In this document: positions 18,172 to 28,084 of the stretch, one piece after another | Numbering within the stretch: position 1 is the stretch's first letter | Layout of the letters: every line of letters starts with the position of its first letter | NCBI GenBank assembly: GCA_001799845.1 | Contig: MGUG01000013.1 | Location: 22,597-86,596, forward strand | Direction of reading: 5' to 3' | Length of the DNA: 64,000 nucleotides | Source of the DNA: Elusimicrobia bacterium GWC2_64_44 | GTDB lineage: Bacteria > Elusimicrobiota > Elusimicrobia > Elusimicrobiales > UBA9959 | The notes under the pieces: generated by a model | The model's input: the letters and a program-made list of their open reading frames with translations, nothing else | Told to the model about the DNA's origin: nothing | Databases searched by the model: none | Translations under genes and position numbers: made by a program

Positions 18172-18178
18172 TGTATCA

Positions 18179-19552
18179 ATGAAAGCCCCTTGGAAGCGCA
18201 ACCCGCTCGACCGCGAAATCTTCCGCATAGCCCTCCCGGCCTTCCTGGGCTCGCTGGGCTTCGTCCTCTTCGACATCATCAATATCTTCTGGGTGGGCAA
18301 GCTGGGCACCGCCGCCATAGCCGGCGTGGCCTCGGCGGCTTTCCTTACATGGGCGGTCTACGCGGCCATGGCCGCCACCACCGCCGGGGCCAACAGCCTG
18401 ATAGCGCAGGCCTTCGGCGCCGGGAAAACGGAGGAAGCGCGGCAGACCGCCGTGGAGGCCGCCTGGCTGAGCCTCGGCGGCAGCCTGCTGATAATGGCCC
18501 TGCTGCTGCCGAGCGTCGGCCTCATCTTCAGCCTGATGGGCCTGCAGCCGGACACCGCCGCCTACGCCAGGCAGTACCTCACCCTCTACGTCTGCGCCCT
18601 GCCGCTCTATTACCTGTGCAACCTGGCCGGCAGCGTGTTCAACGCCTACGGCGACACGCGCACCAACGTGCTGATCATGTCCGCGTCGGTGGCGATCAAT
18701 ATCGTGCTGGACCCGGTGCTGATACTGGGCTGGGGTACCGGCAGGCCGCTGGGCGTGCAGGGCGCTGCCGCCGCTTCCGCCATAGTCACCGCAGGCGCGC
18801 TGGCGCTGCAGGTGTTGTACCTGCGCCGGCGCGGCTATCTGCCGCCGCTCGCCGAGGTACTGAAGCTCCCGGCTTTCTCGCGCGCCGCGCGCATGCTCAA
18901 GATCGGCGTGCCGGCCGCCTCGGTCAACGTGGTGTGGTCGCTCGTCTACCCCGCCCTCACGGCCATCATCACGCGCTTCGGCGAGGCCCCGCTCGCGGGC
19001 TTAAGCGTCTGCTTCCGCCTGGAAGGCGTGCCCTATTTCCTGGGCATAGGTTTTTCCACCGCCATGGCGGCGCTGGTGGGGCAGTCCTTCGGCCGCGGCG
19101 ACATGCAGCGGGTGCGGCAGATAGTGACGCGCGGCCGCCTGCTCATCACCCTGCTGCTGCTGCCGGTGGCGCTGGCCTTCATTTTGGTGCCCGAGCTCCT
19201 GGTGCGCCCCATGACTTCGGACCCCGAGGTAATAGCCAACGCCGCGCGCTACCTGCGCACCGTGGGGTATTTCGAGATCTTCCTGGGCTGGGAACTGCTC
19301 TTCGAGGGAGTGTTCACGGGGCTCGGCCATACCCGCGACTACATGTTCATCGCCGTGCCGCTCACGCTCGCGCGCTGGCCGGCGGCCTGGCTGCTGGCCA
19401 TCACTTTCGGCTTCGGCACGCCGGGCATCTGGTGGTCCATCACCCTGTCCACTTTCGCCAAAGGCGTCTGGGCCTCCTGGCTGTTCCACAGCGGCCGCGG
19501 CACCACCCGCCTGCTCACCGGCGAGCCCCCGGCCCTGGCCCTGCAGCAATAA
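18179..19552 (+). CDS. MATE family efflux transporter
   Basis: About 12 TM helices and the N-terminal EIFRIALPAFLG pattern of MATE pumps. ATG 18179 is 7 nt after TGCTAAAAT. Confidence 0.85.
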   Translation: MKAPWKRNPLDREIFRIALPAFLGSLGFVLFDIINIFWVGKLGTAAIAGVASAAFLTWAVYAAMAATTAGANSLIAQAFGAGKTEEARQTAVEAAWLSLGGSLLIMALLLPSVGLIFSLMGLQPDTAAYARQYLTLYVCALPLYYLCNLAGSVFNAYGDTRTNVLIMSASVAINIVLDPVLILGWGTGRPLGVQGAAAASAIVTAGALALQVLYLRRRGYLPPLAEVLKLPAFSRAARMLKIGVPAASVNVVWSLVYPALTAIITRFGEAPLAGLSVCFRLEGVPYFLGIGFSTAMAALVGQSFGRGDMQRVRQIVTRGRLLITLLLLPVALAFILVPELLVRPMTSDPEVIANAARYLRTVGYFEIFLGWELLFEGVFTGLGHTRDYMFIAVPLTLARWPAAWLLAITFGFGTPGIWWSITLSTFAKGVWASWLFHSGRGTTRLLTGEPPALALQQ

Positions 19553-19555
19553 CCC

Positions 19556-19600
19556 TAAAACAAAACCGCCGGGACAGCCCGGCGGTTTTAGTTTGCGCTT
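19556..19600. terminator. module hairpin between convergent genes
   Basis: Stem-loop 19566-19585. The loop ACAG is the reverse complement of the common CTGT loop. TTTTAGTTTGCGCTTTTT on plus. Confidence 0.7.
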
Positions 19601-19613
19601 TTTAAGAGTGTCC

Positions 19614-20102
19614 CTACTCGCTGGCCAGCAATTGCAGCAGCGGCGTTCTCCAGAGCCGCGCCAGCCTGGCCAGCAGCAGCGAAGCCGCGCCCGAGGCCGC
19701 TCCCAGCAGCGTCAGCGGGCCGCCTATCAGGGCGGTCAGTTTCCACACCCCGTGCTCCGGGTGATTGATCGTAGCCAGCCCGGCGGCCGCCATGGCGGCG
19801 GGGACCAAACTCAGCAGCAGGCCGGCAGCCGCGCCCCAAGCGCCGAACCTGGGCAGCGACAGCTCCTCAAACTTGTTTCCGCGTTCAGCCAGCCCTATTA
19901 ATATGGAGAAGATAGCGCCGCCGATAAAGCCCGGCAGGCCGAGCGCGGGCAGCGGGGCGTCGAAGACCCTGAAGAAGGCGTCCCAGGGCAGGAAGGGCGT
20001 TACCAGGCTGGTCACGCCTATCAGCAAGCCGGCGACGGCCCAGCCGACCGCCCAGTTAAGACAAAGCCAGGCCAGACCGCGCAGGCGCAGGAGCCAGTTC
20101 AT
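19614..20102 (-). CDS. integral membrane protein, unknown function
   Basis: Four predicted TM helices. 1-nt TAATG overlap with ndk, which suggests translational coupling. Confidence 0.6.
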   Translation of the reverse strand: MNWLLRLRGLAWLCLNWAVGWAVAGLLIGVTSLVTPFLPWDAFFRVFDAPLPALGLPGFIGGAIFSILIGLAERGNKFEELSLPRFGAWGAAAGLLLSLVPAAMAAAGLATINHPEHGVWKLTALIGGPLTLLGAASGAASLLLARLARLWRTPLLQLLASE

Positions 20103-20647
20103 TATTTATACTCCTCGGGCCAGGGGCCGGTGCGGGTTTTGGGACCGCCGGGTTCCACCCAGACCTTGCGGTTGCCGGCGAGCTTGGAGGGGAACAGCTC
20201 CACGGTCAGCTCTTCCGGCCAGAACCAGAGCTTGATCTCGCGCTCGCCCTCTATTGGGTCCGACGAGACGTGCACCACGTTCTCGAAAATGCCCTTGGTT
20301 GTCACCCGGCCCAGGCTGCCGCGGATGGTGCGGTAATCGGCCTCTTCGGGGTTGGTGGCGCCGGCTATGGCGCGGGCTTTCTTCACCGCGCTTTCGCCCA
20401 CAAAAGCGAAAGCCAGCACATTGTCCTGGTTATTGTCGAACTCGCCCATGATGAAGCGGATGAGCTCCTCGTAAAACGGCTTCTCGCGGAGATGGTGGTA
20501 ATGCGCCTCTGCCAGTTCCCTGGTGACCTTGGCCATGCGCGCGGCCACCATGCGCAGGCCCGTGGCCTCGAAGCGCGTCAGCACATAGCCCGCCAGGCCC
20601 TTCACCATGCCGTCGGGCTTAACTATAACTAATATAGATTCTTCCAT
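20102..20647 (-). CDS. ndk: nucleoside-diphosphate kinase-like protein with C-terminal extension
   Basis: ILVIVKPDG, FYEELIRFI and NVVHVSS (catalytic His) motifs. ATG 20647 is 7 nt after TGGTAGAAT (20655-20660). Confidence 0.75.
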   Translation of the reverse strand: MEESILVIVKPDGMVKGLAGYVLTRFEATGLRMVAARMAKVTRELAEAHYHHLREKPFYEELIRFIMGEFDNNQDNVLAFAFVGESAVKKARAIAGATNPEEADYRTIRGSLGRVTTKGIFENVVHVSSDPIEGEREIKLWFWPEELTVELFPSKLAGNRKVWVEPGGPKTRTGPWPEEYK

Positions 20648-20654
20648 GTTCTTC

Positions 20655-20708
20655 ATTCTACCAAAACAGAACGGCGTTTCCCCGGCGGAGCCCGGCGTTT
20701 GTTAAAAT
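20655..20708. promoter_or_regulatory. back-to-back divergent -10 boxes with degenerate module stem between
   Basis: Minus TGGTAGAAT (20655-20660) serves ndk. Plus TGTTAAAAT (20703-20708) serves fkbM. CCCCGGCGG and CCCGGCG half-stems lie between. Confidence 0.55.
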
Positions 20709-20714
20709 AGATAT

Positions 20715-21791
20715 ATGGCAGCGCCCTGGGACAAGATCAACGCCGGCCCCGGCAGGGCCGAGGCGGACTTAAAGGTACTGAAGGCCTCCGGCCTGCCGCT
20801 GGTGCTCTACGGCGACGGCTGGTACGCGCCTTACCTGCGCGAATACCTGGCGCGCCGCGGCCTGAGCGTAGCCGCCGTCTTCACCGACGCCGGCTTCACC
20901 TCCTCCGGAGAGGCCGTCGGCTTCGACGAGGTCAGCCGCAGGTTCGACAGATTCAATATCGCCATAGCTTTCGCCAACTCCCGGCTGGCCAGGGAGAAGC
21001 TGGACCGCCTGGACCGCGGCCGGGTGGCCGGCGTCTATTTCTTCGACGTGATGGGCGAGCTGCTTAACAACACTTTCGACCGCGCTTACCTGGAGGCGCA
21101 CCGAGCGCAGTTCGGCGCGGCCTATGAGCTGCTGGCCGACGACCTGTCGCGCGCGACTTTCGAGGCTTTCCTCAACAGCAAGCTGGGCGGAGACGCCGGG
21201 CCGCTCGCCGAGTTAAGCCGCAAGGAGCAATATTTCCCGAAGGGCATCATAGAGCTCTCGGACCGCGAGGTCTTTGTGGACGGCGGGGCTTATACCGGCG
21301 ACACTTTGCTCACCTTCATGCGCCTCACCGGCGGCAAGTGTGCCCGCTGCTGCGCTTTCGAGCCGGACCCGGCCACGGCCGCGAAGCTCAGTGCCACGGT
21401 GGAGAAACGCGGCCTGCGCGGCGTGACCGTGCACAACAAGGGCCTGTGGAGCGCGCCCGCAGCGCTGCCTTTCGCCGTGTGGCACGGCACTTCTGCCTCG
21501 GCCGTCTCCGGCGATGGCGAGGTTTCCGTAAAGGCGGATACGGTGGACCGCGCGGCCCCAGACGCCACTTTCATAAAGCTCGACATCGAGGGGGCCGAAC
21601 TGGAAGCCCTGAAGGGCGCGGCGGAAACCATAAAGCGCAACAGGCCCAAGCTCGCAGTCTGCGTCTATCACAAACCGGGCGACCTGTTCGAGATCCCCCT
21701 GTTCATCAGGTCGCTCGTGCCGGAGTACCGGTTTTACCTGCGCCAGCACCAGCCCGTCGCCTGCGAAACGGTACTCTACGCCGTAATCTAG
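20715..21791 (+). CDS. FkbM family methyltransferase
   Basis: VFVDGGAYTGDT, FEPDP and FIKLDIEGAELEAL motifs. ATG 20715 is 6 nt after TGTTAAAAT (20703-20708). Confidence 0.8.
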   Translation: MAAPWDKINAGPGRAEADLKVLKASGLPLVLYGDGWYAPYLREYLARRGLSVAAVFTDAGFTSSGEAVGFDEVSRRFDRFNIAIAFANSRLAREKLDRLDRGRVAGVYFFDVMGELLNNTFDRAYLEAHRAQFGAAYELLADDLSRATFEAFLNSKLGGDAGPLAELSRKEQYFPKGIIELSDREVFVDGGAYTGDTLLTFMRLTGGKCARCCAFEPDPATAAKLSATVEKRGLRGVTVHNKGLWSAPAALPFAVWHGTSASAVSGDGEVSVKADTVDRAAPDATFIKLDIEGAELEALKGAAETIKRNRPKLAVCVYHKPGDLFEIPLFIRSLVPEYRFYLRQHQPVACETVLYAVI

Positions 21792-21804
21792 CTCAAAAGA
21801 CAAT

Positions 21805-23610
21805 ATGACAACAACCCCGACTACCCGGACCCGCCGAACTGCCGCGCTAGCCCTCCTGACCTGCGCCGCACTGCTGGCCCCCGCCGCTGCCGCCGAGGCG
21901 CCGCTGGAACTGACGCGCGGAAAGCTCACGGTGAAGGCCAATCTCAACACCGAGGTCTTCTACACCATCCTCAACCTGGCCGCCTCCTCGGCCGAGCTGC
22001 GCAACACCGTGTACATGCCGGTCTACGCCGACATGGCGGCCTACTTCGCGCCTCACAAGGGCCACCCCGCGGTGAAGGAGCTCGACGCCGACGGCGCGCT
22101 GAACTGGAGCACAGGCTTCGCGTACAACGTCCCGGCGGAGTTCCCTCTCTATTTCAGCGACCTGCCCGAAGGGCGAAAAATAGCGGACTACACCGCCGAG
22201 TTCCTCAACAGGCTGAACATCCAGGGCGTCAGCCCCGGGGACCACGACGCGAAGACGGCCTACATGGACGCCTACTGGGAGAAAGTGAAGGATTTCCACA
22301 AGGCTTCGTCCTTCGCCGGCTACTGGGAGAAAATGCGCGGCCGTTACGCCGGCTTCGCGGCGGACCTCTACGCGGCCCTGCCCCGGGCGGACTTGGTCGG
22401 GATGCAGGAGGCCTACCACGGCTACAGTTCCTTCGACGGCGCCGTGATGATAGCCTCGCCTCTCACGCTTACTTCCGGCGGCAATTACGGCCTGACCGTC
22501 AGGGACCGTGACGGCGCGGCCACCATCTACAGCATCCTGAGCGCCGCGCGCCGCCCCGGCGGCGGCTCCGACTTCAAAAGCGCCGTGAACGCGGAGCAGA
22601 TGGCGCTGCATGAGTTCGGCCATCCCTTCTGCAACCCCGTGGTCGCGCGTCACTACGCCGCCGCCCGGCGTTACGCCTTCCTGCGGGCCGGCCTGCGCGG
22701 CAAGGTGGACGCCGCCTACGGCGACTGGCGCTCCGTGATGAACGAACTGCTGGTGCGCGCCGTGCACGCCAGGCTGCTGCTCAAGCTCAGGGGCGAGGCC
22801 GCCGCGGCGGATTTCCTCAAGGCCGAGAGCGAGCGCGCCGGCTTCATCTTCATAGAGGACTGGTACCGGCTGCTCGGCGAGTACGAGGCCGACCGCGCCA
22901 AATACCCGACGCTCGACGAGTTCTACCCGCGCCTGCTAGCGGCGCTGGCTACCTGGGGCGTCCACGAGCGCCAGGAACCGCGGCCGCTGGGGGCCAAGTG
23001 GGTCAAGGCCGTTCCGGGCGGGGTGCAGATAGTGAAGGCAGAAGCCGACGGCGCCGCCTACGCGGCCGGCCTCCGGAACGGCGACACCGTGACCGCCGTG
23101 GACGGCGCGCCCATAGCCACGCCGGACGCCTATCTTTACTTCTCCAAGGCTTTCGACGCGCTGCCAGCCGGCAAAGCCATGACCTTCACGGTACTGCGCT
23201 CGAGCGGCAGCGCCGAAGTTAAAGTGGAGCGCAGCCTGGGCGGCTTCCTGCGCGTGGTACGGCTGGGCGGAGAATACAAGAACGTCACGCGGCTGACGCC
23301 GTCGGAGCCGGGCCTCTTCTGGGCCGGCTTCGGGCCGGAGGGGATGACGGTAGGCTTCGCCACGGACGACAAGCCGGCCTACCGCGCCGGCATACGCAAA
23401 GGCGACGTAATTAAGTCCGCCGGCGGCGCGCCCCTGACCAGCCGCGAGGCCTATGAGCGGGCCCTCGCTGACTGGAACCGCCTCCCGCAGGGCGGAGTCA
23501 TGAAGTTCACCATCCTGCGCGGCGGCCGGGAAACGGACCTGGACGTAAAAAGCGACCAGTGGGAGGAGCTCACCGAAACGGTGCGGGTAGCAGGCCCCGC
23601 AAAACCTTAG
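21805..23610 (+). CDS. secreted HExxH metallopeptidase-like protein with two C-terminal PDZ domains
   Basis: Arg-rich signal peptide, LHEFGHPF zinc motif, two PDZ patterns (GLRNGDTVTAVDG and GIRKGDVIKSAGG). Confidence 0.7.
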   Translation: MTTTPTTRTRRTAALALLTCAALLAPAAAAEAPLELTRGKLTVKANLNTEVFYTILNLAASSAELRNTVYMPVYADMAAYFAPHKGHPAVKELDADGALNWSTGFAYNVPAEFPLYFSDLPEGRKIADYTAEFLNRLNIQGVSPGDHDAKTAYMDAYWEKVKDFHKASSFAGYWEKMRGRYAGFAADLYAALPRADLVGMQEAYHGYSSFDGAVMIASPLTLTSGGNYGLTVRDRDGAATIYSILSAARRPGGGSDFKSAVNAEQMALHEFGHPFCNPVVARHYAAARRYAFLRAGLRGKVDAAYGDWRSVMNELLVRAVHARLLLKLRGEAAAADFLKAESERAGFIFIEDWYRLLGEYEADRAKYPTLDEFYPRLLAALATWGVHERQEPRPLGAKWVKAVPGGVQIVKAEADGAAYAAGLRNGDTVTAVDGAPIATPDAYLYFSKAFDALPAGKAMTFTVLRSSGSAEVKVERSLGGFLRVVRLGGEYKNVTRLTPSEPGLFWAGFGPEGMTVGFATDDKPAYRAGIRKGDVIKSAGGAPLTSREAYERALADWNRLPQGGVMKFTILRGGRETDLDVKSDQWEELTETVRVAGPAKP

Positions 23611-23635
23611 TTGTCCGGCCCGCGGACGCTCCGTC

Positions 23636-23668
23636 AAAACAAAACCGCCGGGCTGTCCCGGCGGTTTC
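23636..23668. terminator. module hairpin between convergent genes
   Basis: Stem-loop 23645-23664 (loop CTGT). Confidence 0.7.
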
Positions 23669-23687
23669 GCTAACTTTAGCGCGGCAG

Positions 23688-25838
23688 CTAAGTGTGTCCC
23701 TGGTCGCTGAACAGTTCTTCGAGCTTCGCCACCAGGCTCTCTACGGTAAACGGCTTGTGTATGAAATGTTCTTCGCGGCCAGTGTCGCTCTGTTGCGGCA
23801 GGTCCGCGTCGGCATAGCCGGACATGTAGAGCACCCGGTCGACCAGGCCGCGCCGCTTTACCTCGGCGGCCAGGTCCACTCCGTTCATCCCCGGCATCAC
23901 CAGGTCGGTCACCAGGGCATCCACCTTGCCTATGCGCTCCAGCTCGGCCAGGGCGGCTTCGGCGCTGTCTACCGGGTACACGGCGTAGCCGGAGTCACGC
24001 AGCACCCTCGCGCCCAGCCGGCGCAGCTGTTCATCGTCCTCCACCAGCAGCACTTTCCGCCCGGTGCCGCGCGCCATCGCCGCGGAGAGGCCGGCGGCCT
24101 CGGTCTGCCTGGCGGCTACGGGCGAGGCCTGCGGGAAGTAAAGAGTAAAGACCGTGCCCTTGCCCGGGGCGCTCTGCAGACGCACCGAGCCGCCGCTCTG
24201 CCTCACTATGCCGTAAACCGTGGACAGCCCGAGGCCTGTCCCCTTGCCTTTCTCCTTGGTGGTAAAGAACGGCTCGAAGACGCGCCGCAGCACCTCCTCC
24301 GTCATGCCGGCGCCGTTATCGGCCACTATCAGCTCCACGGCGGGGCCGCGCTGCGCGCCGGGCTCTGCCGGCAGCTCCGAGAGCCTGGTAGAGATGGTCA
24401 GAGTGCCGCCTTCCGGCATGGCGTCCCTGGCATTGACCGCCAGGTTCATGATGATCTGCCCTATCTGCCCGGCGTCGCTGCTTATCAGGCAGGGGGTTTT
24501 GGCGAGGTCCGTCTCCAGGTTTACATCCTCGCCGATAAGCCGCTTGAGCAGTTTCAGCGCGCCCTCCACGGCGCCGTTGAGGTCCAGCACCGTAATGTGC
24601 AGCACCTGCTTGCGGCTGAAGGCCAATAGCTGGCTCGTAAGCCCGGCGCCCCTTTCCGCGGCGGCGAGCATCTCCTGCAGGTCCCCCCTGCGCGGGTCCT
24701 TCGCGTCCATGGAGCGCAGCAGTATGGAGCCGTAGCCGCTTATAGCCGTCAACAGGTTGTTAAAATCGTGGGCTACGCCGCCGGCCAGGCGCCCTACGGA
24801 TTCCATCTTCTGGGACTGACGCACCTGGTCTTCCAGCCGGGCTTTCTCCTCTTCGGCCTCGCGCCGGGCTATCACCACCGCTATGCTGGTGCCCAGGCCC
24901 TCCAGGAATTCCGCGGTGTCGCGGGACAGCCTGCAGGGGCGGTGGTCGGCGATATGCAGCAGCCCTATGGTCTTCTCGCCGCTGCGCAGCGGCAGCAGCG
25001 CCTGCGTGCGGAAACCTTCCTTGACGCAGCGCCCCCTGAAATTCACCAGCCGGCCGGTCAGCGCGGTCAGCGTGTCCTCGGCGATGTCGTTGACGTCCGG
25101 GAACCACAGCCCCCGGCCTTTGGTCATGCACGGCAGGTCCTGGTCCAGACTGCCCTTGAGCACGGCCCCGCAAGTGCATTCCAGCACCGGCTTGCCGTCC
25201 TCGCCGCACACGGTCTCTCCTGAAGCGGCGCGCAGGCAGAGCGTCCGCTCGGCCGCCACGAAATCCGGCTTGAAGCCGCTGGTGCCGAAGAAGGGGAAAT
25301 CCCCGTTTCGCTCAAGCCGCAGGCCGACGGACTCTATGCCGAGCGTCGCGCGTATATATTCCAGGATGTCGGCAATGACGTGTTCGGATGACTCGCCTGC
25401 GCCCAGCAGCTTGAGCACGGAGAGGTACATGGTCTGCGCGCTCTCGGCGCGCTTGCGGGCGGAGATATCGTGCCCCACGGTGACTACGCAGCGCTCGCCT
25501 TCCAGCACGGCAATGTCCCCGGAAAGCAGCATCTCCCTTATCTCGCCGGACTTAGCGCGCAGTTTCATCTCAATGCGCACGTTTTCGCCATTGCCGAGCG
25601 CCTTGTAAGCGTCGGCTAGCTGGCGCGGCTCCACCCAGATGTTCAGCTCTTCGCCGGTCCGGCCCAGGGCCTCCGCCCGGCTGTAGCCGGTCAGCCGTTC
25701 CCAAGCCGGGTTAGCGTCCCGGAACCGGCCGTCGGTGCCGGAAACGCACATGGGCGCGGGACAAGAATTGAAGATGGCGGCCCAGCGCGGTCCTGCCGGG
25801 TCCGTTCCATTAGTAACGTCTGATTTGTCGGTTTTCAT
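23688..25838 (-). CDS. hybrid sensor histidine kinase (PAS-GAF-HisKA-HATPase-receiver)
   Basis: H-box GGVAHDFNNLL, N/G boxes (NLAVNARDA, DNGAGM, GTGLGLS), C-terminal receiver (LLVEDD...VTDLVMPG...KPF). ATG 25838 abuts a G10 tract. Confidence 0.85.
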   Translation of the reverse strand: MKTDKSDVTNGTDPAGPRWAAIFNSCPAPMCVSGTDGRFRDANPAWERLTGYSRAEALGRTGEELNIWVEPRQLADAYKALGNGENVRIEMKLRAKSGEIREMLLSGDIAVLEGERCVVTVGHDISARKRAESAQTMYLSVLKLLGAGESSEHVIADILEYIRATLGIESVGLRLERNGDFPFFGTSGFKPDFVAAERTLCLRAASGETVCGEDGKPVLECTCGAVLKGSLDQDLPCMTKGRGLWFPDVNDIAEDTLTALTGRLVNFRGRCVKEGFRTQALLPLRSGEKTIGLLHIADHRPCRLSRDTAEFLEGLGTSIAVVIARREAEEEKARLEDQVRQSQKMESVGRLAGGVAHDFNNLLTAISGYGSILLRSMDAKDPRRGDLQEMLAAAERGAGLTSQLLAFSRKQVLHITVLDLNGAVEGALKLLKRLIGEDVNLETDLAKTPCLISSDAGQIGQIIMNLAVNARDAMPEGGTLTISTRLSELPAEPGAQRGPAVELIVADNGAGMTEEVLRRVFEPFFTTKEKGKGTGLGLSTVYGIVRQSGGSVRLQSAPGKGTVFTLYFPQASPVAARQTEAAGLSAAMARGTGRKVLLVEDDEQLRRLGARVLRDSGYAVYPVDSAEAALAELERIGKVDALVTDLVMPGMNGVDLAAEVKRRGLVDRVLYMSGYADADLPQQSDTGREEHFIHKPFTVESLVAKLEELFSDQGHT

Positions 25839-25848
25839 CCCCCCCCCC
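25839..25848 (-). repeat. G10 homopolymer abutting the kinase start codon
   Basis: Plus-strand C10 immediately after CAT 25836-25838. Confidence 0.9.
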
Positions 25849-25890
25849 TGCACTAAACCTTACCCGCCCCAAGTATACAATATTCCCTAT

Positions 25891-25919
25891 AAAGCAAAAC
25901 CGCCGGGCTATCCCGGCGG
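25891..25919 (-). terminator. module hairpin + TTTTGCTTTATAGGGAAT
   Basis: Stem-loop 25900-25919 (loop CTAT). Confidence 0.65.
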
Positions 25920-25965
25920 CGTTGCGCGAGTTGAAAAACGAATACCGCGGCAGCGCTGCCGCCTT

Positions 25966-26757
25966 TTAGCGCGGTCCCGCGGCCTTGCTCTTTCCCAGCC
26001 AGAACCTTTTCTCGAGTTTAAACCGCTCGGCGATGTCTTTGTCCTCGTTCTTTAGACGGGCCCTGGCGCGTCCCTGGTAGCCCTTCCCCCTCTCCACTAC
26101 ATCCAGCAGCGTCCCGTCCGCATCCGTGATGAAATAGATAGAGCGGCTGGCGATAGCGGCCTTGTCGCCGTGAGTCTGCCGCCACACCAGCCTTACTGGC
26201 TTGTTCGCTTTCCCGTTTTCATCTTTGCCGAGAAGCACGTAGAACACATGGGTAGCGCGGGAACCGCTGCGGCGCAGCGCTTTAGAAGGAGTGTCCTTCG
26301 GCATCCCCGCCAGATTAGTGGCCAGCCCGCTCATCTTGGCGCGTTCCTGTTCAGGCATGGCTGCCGGCAGTTGGGACATCATGTCGGAGTGCGCCCCGAG
26401 CGCCATTCCGACTACGGTCATGCCGCCGGCCAGCTTCTGGTCCTCGTTCGAGCGGCCGATACCGCCCATCTTCTGCGGGCGCAGCTTTTTCGGCGACTCT
26501 ACCACGTCGCGGCCGCCAGCGCGGCCGGCGTTCACGAACTCCTGCGCTTCCGCGTCCGCAGCGCTCGGGACCGGCAGCGCTTCCCCGCCGCTGATGGCGC
26601 GTTCTATCAGAGCCCTGAGGGCTTCGGCTTCCGTTTCGGCCGGCGCTGCCTGGCGCTCCTGGCACATGGCAGGAAGCGTGCAAAACACCGTCAGAAAGAA
26701 CATGCCGGCAAGAATATGAGACTTCCTTAATGGCTTTACCATAAATGCTTCCTCCAT
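25966..26757 (-). CDS. secreted hypothetical protein
   Basis: Signal/TM segment ILAGMFFLTVFCTLPAMC. 1-nt TAATG overlap with the upstream C11 peptidase gene. Confidence 0.55.
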   Translation of the reverse strand: MEEAFMVKPLRKSHILAGMFFLTVFCTLPAMCQERQAAPAETEAEALRALIERAISGGEALPVPSAADAEAQEFVNAGRAGGRDVVESPKKLRPQKMGGIGRSNEDQKLAGGMTVVGMALGAHSDMMSQLPAAMPEQERAKMSGLATNLAGMPKDTPSKALRRSGSRATHVFYVLLGKDENGKANKPVRLVWRQTHGDKAAIASRSIYFITDADGTLLDVVERGKGYQGRARARLKNEDKDIAERFKLEKRFWLGKSKAAGPR

Positions 26758-28037
26758 TACCTGGAAAGCCAGGCCAGGAACTCGTCCCAGCCGGAATCGG
26801 CCGCCCAGCGCAGGCCGGTATAGCCTTCGGCCGCCGGCACATGGGGAAAGTAAACCGCCAGGCCGTTGGAGTCGTCGTGATACACCGGGTTGGCGCCCCA
26901 GATACCGCCGGTGCTGTTGGTGGTACGGTTATAGACCACCAGCGGCCCTTTAATTACTCCGTTAAGCCGCTGGGCGGCGGCTTTGACTCCGGGGCTGGCG
27001 GTGGCGGCGGCCACGCGGCGGGTGAAGTCGTAGAGGTCCTTGTTCTCCGGGTAGGTGTAGCGCTTGGCCTCCTTGGCCGAAGTTACGATCAGTTCTTTCT
27101 CGCCGGAGAGCATCAGCTCGGAGGTGAAGGCGTTAACGGCGGCCAGGAGATCCGGCAGGGCCGCCGTGTTCACCACGCTCAGCGTGGAGCCGGTATCGTT
27201 GGAGGCGTAAAAATCGTTATAGGCGTCCACCACGGCCGCGGCCAGCTCCGCCGGGGGCATGGCCGGCCGGGCCAGAAGGCGCGCCAGGAAAGGCCCGTAC
27301 GAGTAGCCGTCCGCCGGTTCCGTCTCTTCCGAACCCACTATGAATTGTGCGGTATCTTTAAGCTCGTAAACCACCTCGGCCATCTGCATCAGGCAGGCGT
27401 CGGAGGCGTACACGTCCGCCCCGCCCATTTCGGCAAGGGCCCGCGCCAGCTGCGGCACGCTCATGTGCGAGCCGGTCTCGTCGTCGTAAGAGATGCCCTT
27501 GCCGGCCGCGGGGGCCCGCTTCCAGCCGGAGCCGTGGTTCCACACTATCACCATGTACCTGCGCGCCGGGAAGCGCTCCTTGGCCCACCGCCCGAAATCC
27601 GCCAGGCTGCGGTAATCGCCCATATCCACCCTGGGCAGTTCCTGCAGCACCGGCGAGGAAATTTTGGAGAGGTCGGAGTCTTTCTTCACCAGGTAGCGCC
27701 GCACCGTCTTCCAATCCCCCTCCGCCGTGCTGTAGCCGGCTATGCGCGCCAGCTGCACCACCACGTTCACGCGGTCGGTGGAGCCGGCGGTCTCCATCTC
27801 GTTGAGGTCCTTAAGGCCGAAGGGTTCCAGGTTGTTCTTGCCGTTGATGAAGACCAGCACCGTCCATTCTTTTTCAGCGGCGCGGGGCGCCGGCTGCGGC
27901 AGCTCCAGGCCCTCAGCGGCGGCGCGCACGCCCGCGGCCAGAGCGGCAGGGCCGGGCGCAGAGGAATCGAACGAAACCCCGGCAGCGGAGGCCGTGACAC
28001 AACAGAGCAGGACGAGCAGCAACGATATTCTTTTCAT
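26757..28037 (-). CDS. clostripain-like (C11 family) cysteine peptidase
   Basis: Signal peptide, WNHGSGW (His) and ASDACLM (Cys) catalytic-dyad contexts typical of C11. Confidence 0.75.
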   Translation of the reverse strand: MKRISLLLVLLCCVTASAAGVSFDSSAPGPAALAAGVRAAAEGLELPQPAPRAAEKEWTVLVFINGKNNLEPFGLKDLNEMETAGSTDRVNVVVQLARIAGYSTAEGDWKTVRRYLVKKDSDLSKISSPVLQELPRVDMGDYRSLADFGRWAKERFPARRYMVIVWNHGSGWKRAPAAGKGISYDDETGSHMSVPQLARALAEMGGADVYASDACLMQMAEVVYELKDTAQFIVGSEETEPADGYSYGPFLARLLARPAMPPAELAAAVVDAYNDFYASNDTGSTLSVVNTAALPDLLAAVNAFTSELMLSGEKELIVTSAKEAKRYTYPENKDLYDFTRRVAAATASPGVKAAAQRLNGVIKGPLVVYNRTTNSTGGIWGANPVYHDDSNGLAVYFPHVPAAEGYTGLRWAADSGWDEFLAWLSR

Positions 28038-28084
28038 CTGGAGTCAATTTTACAAATTTATCCGGCCCGACGGCGGGGACAGCG

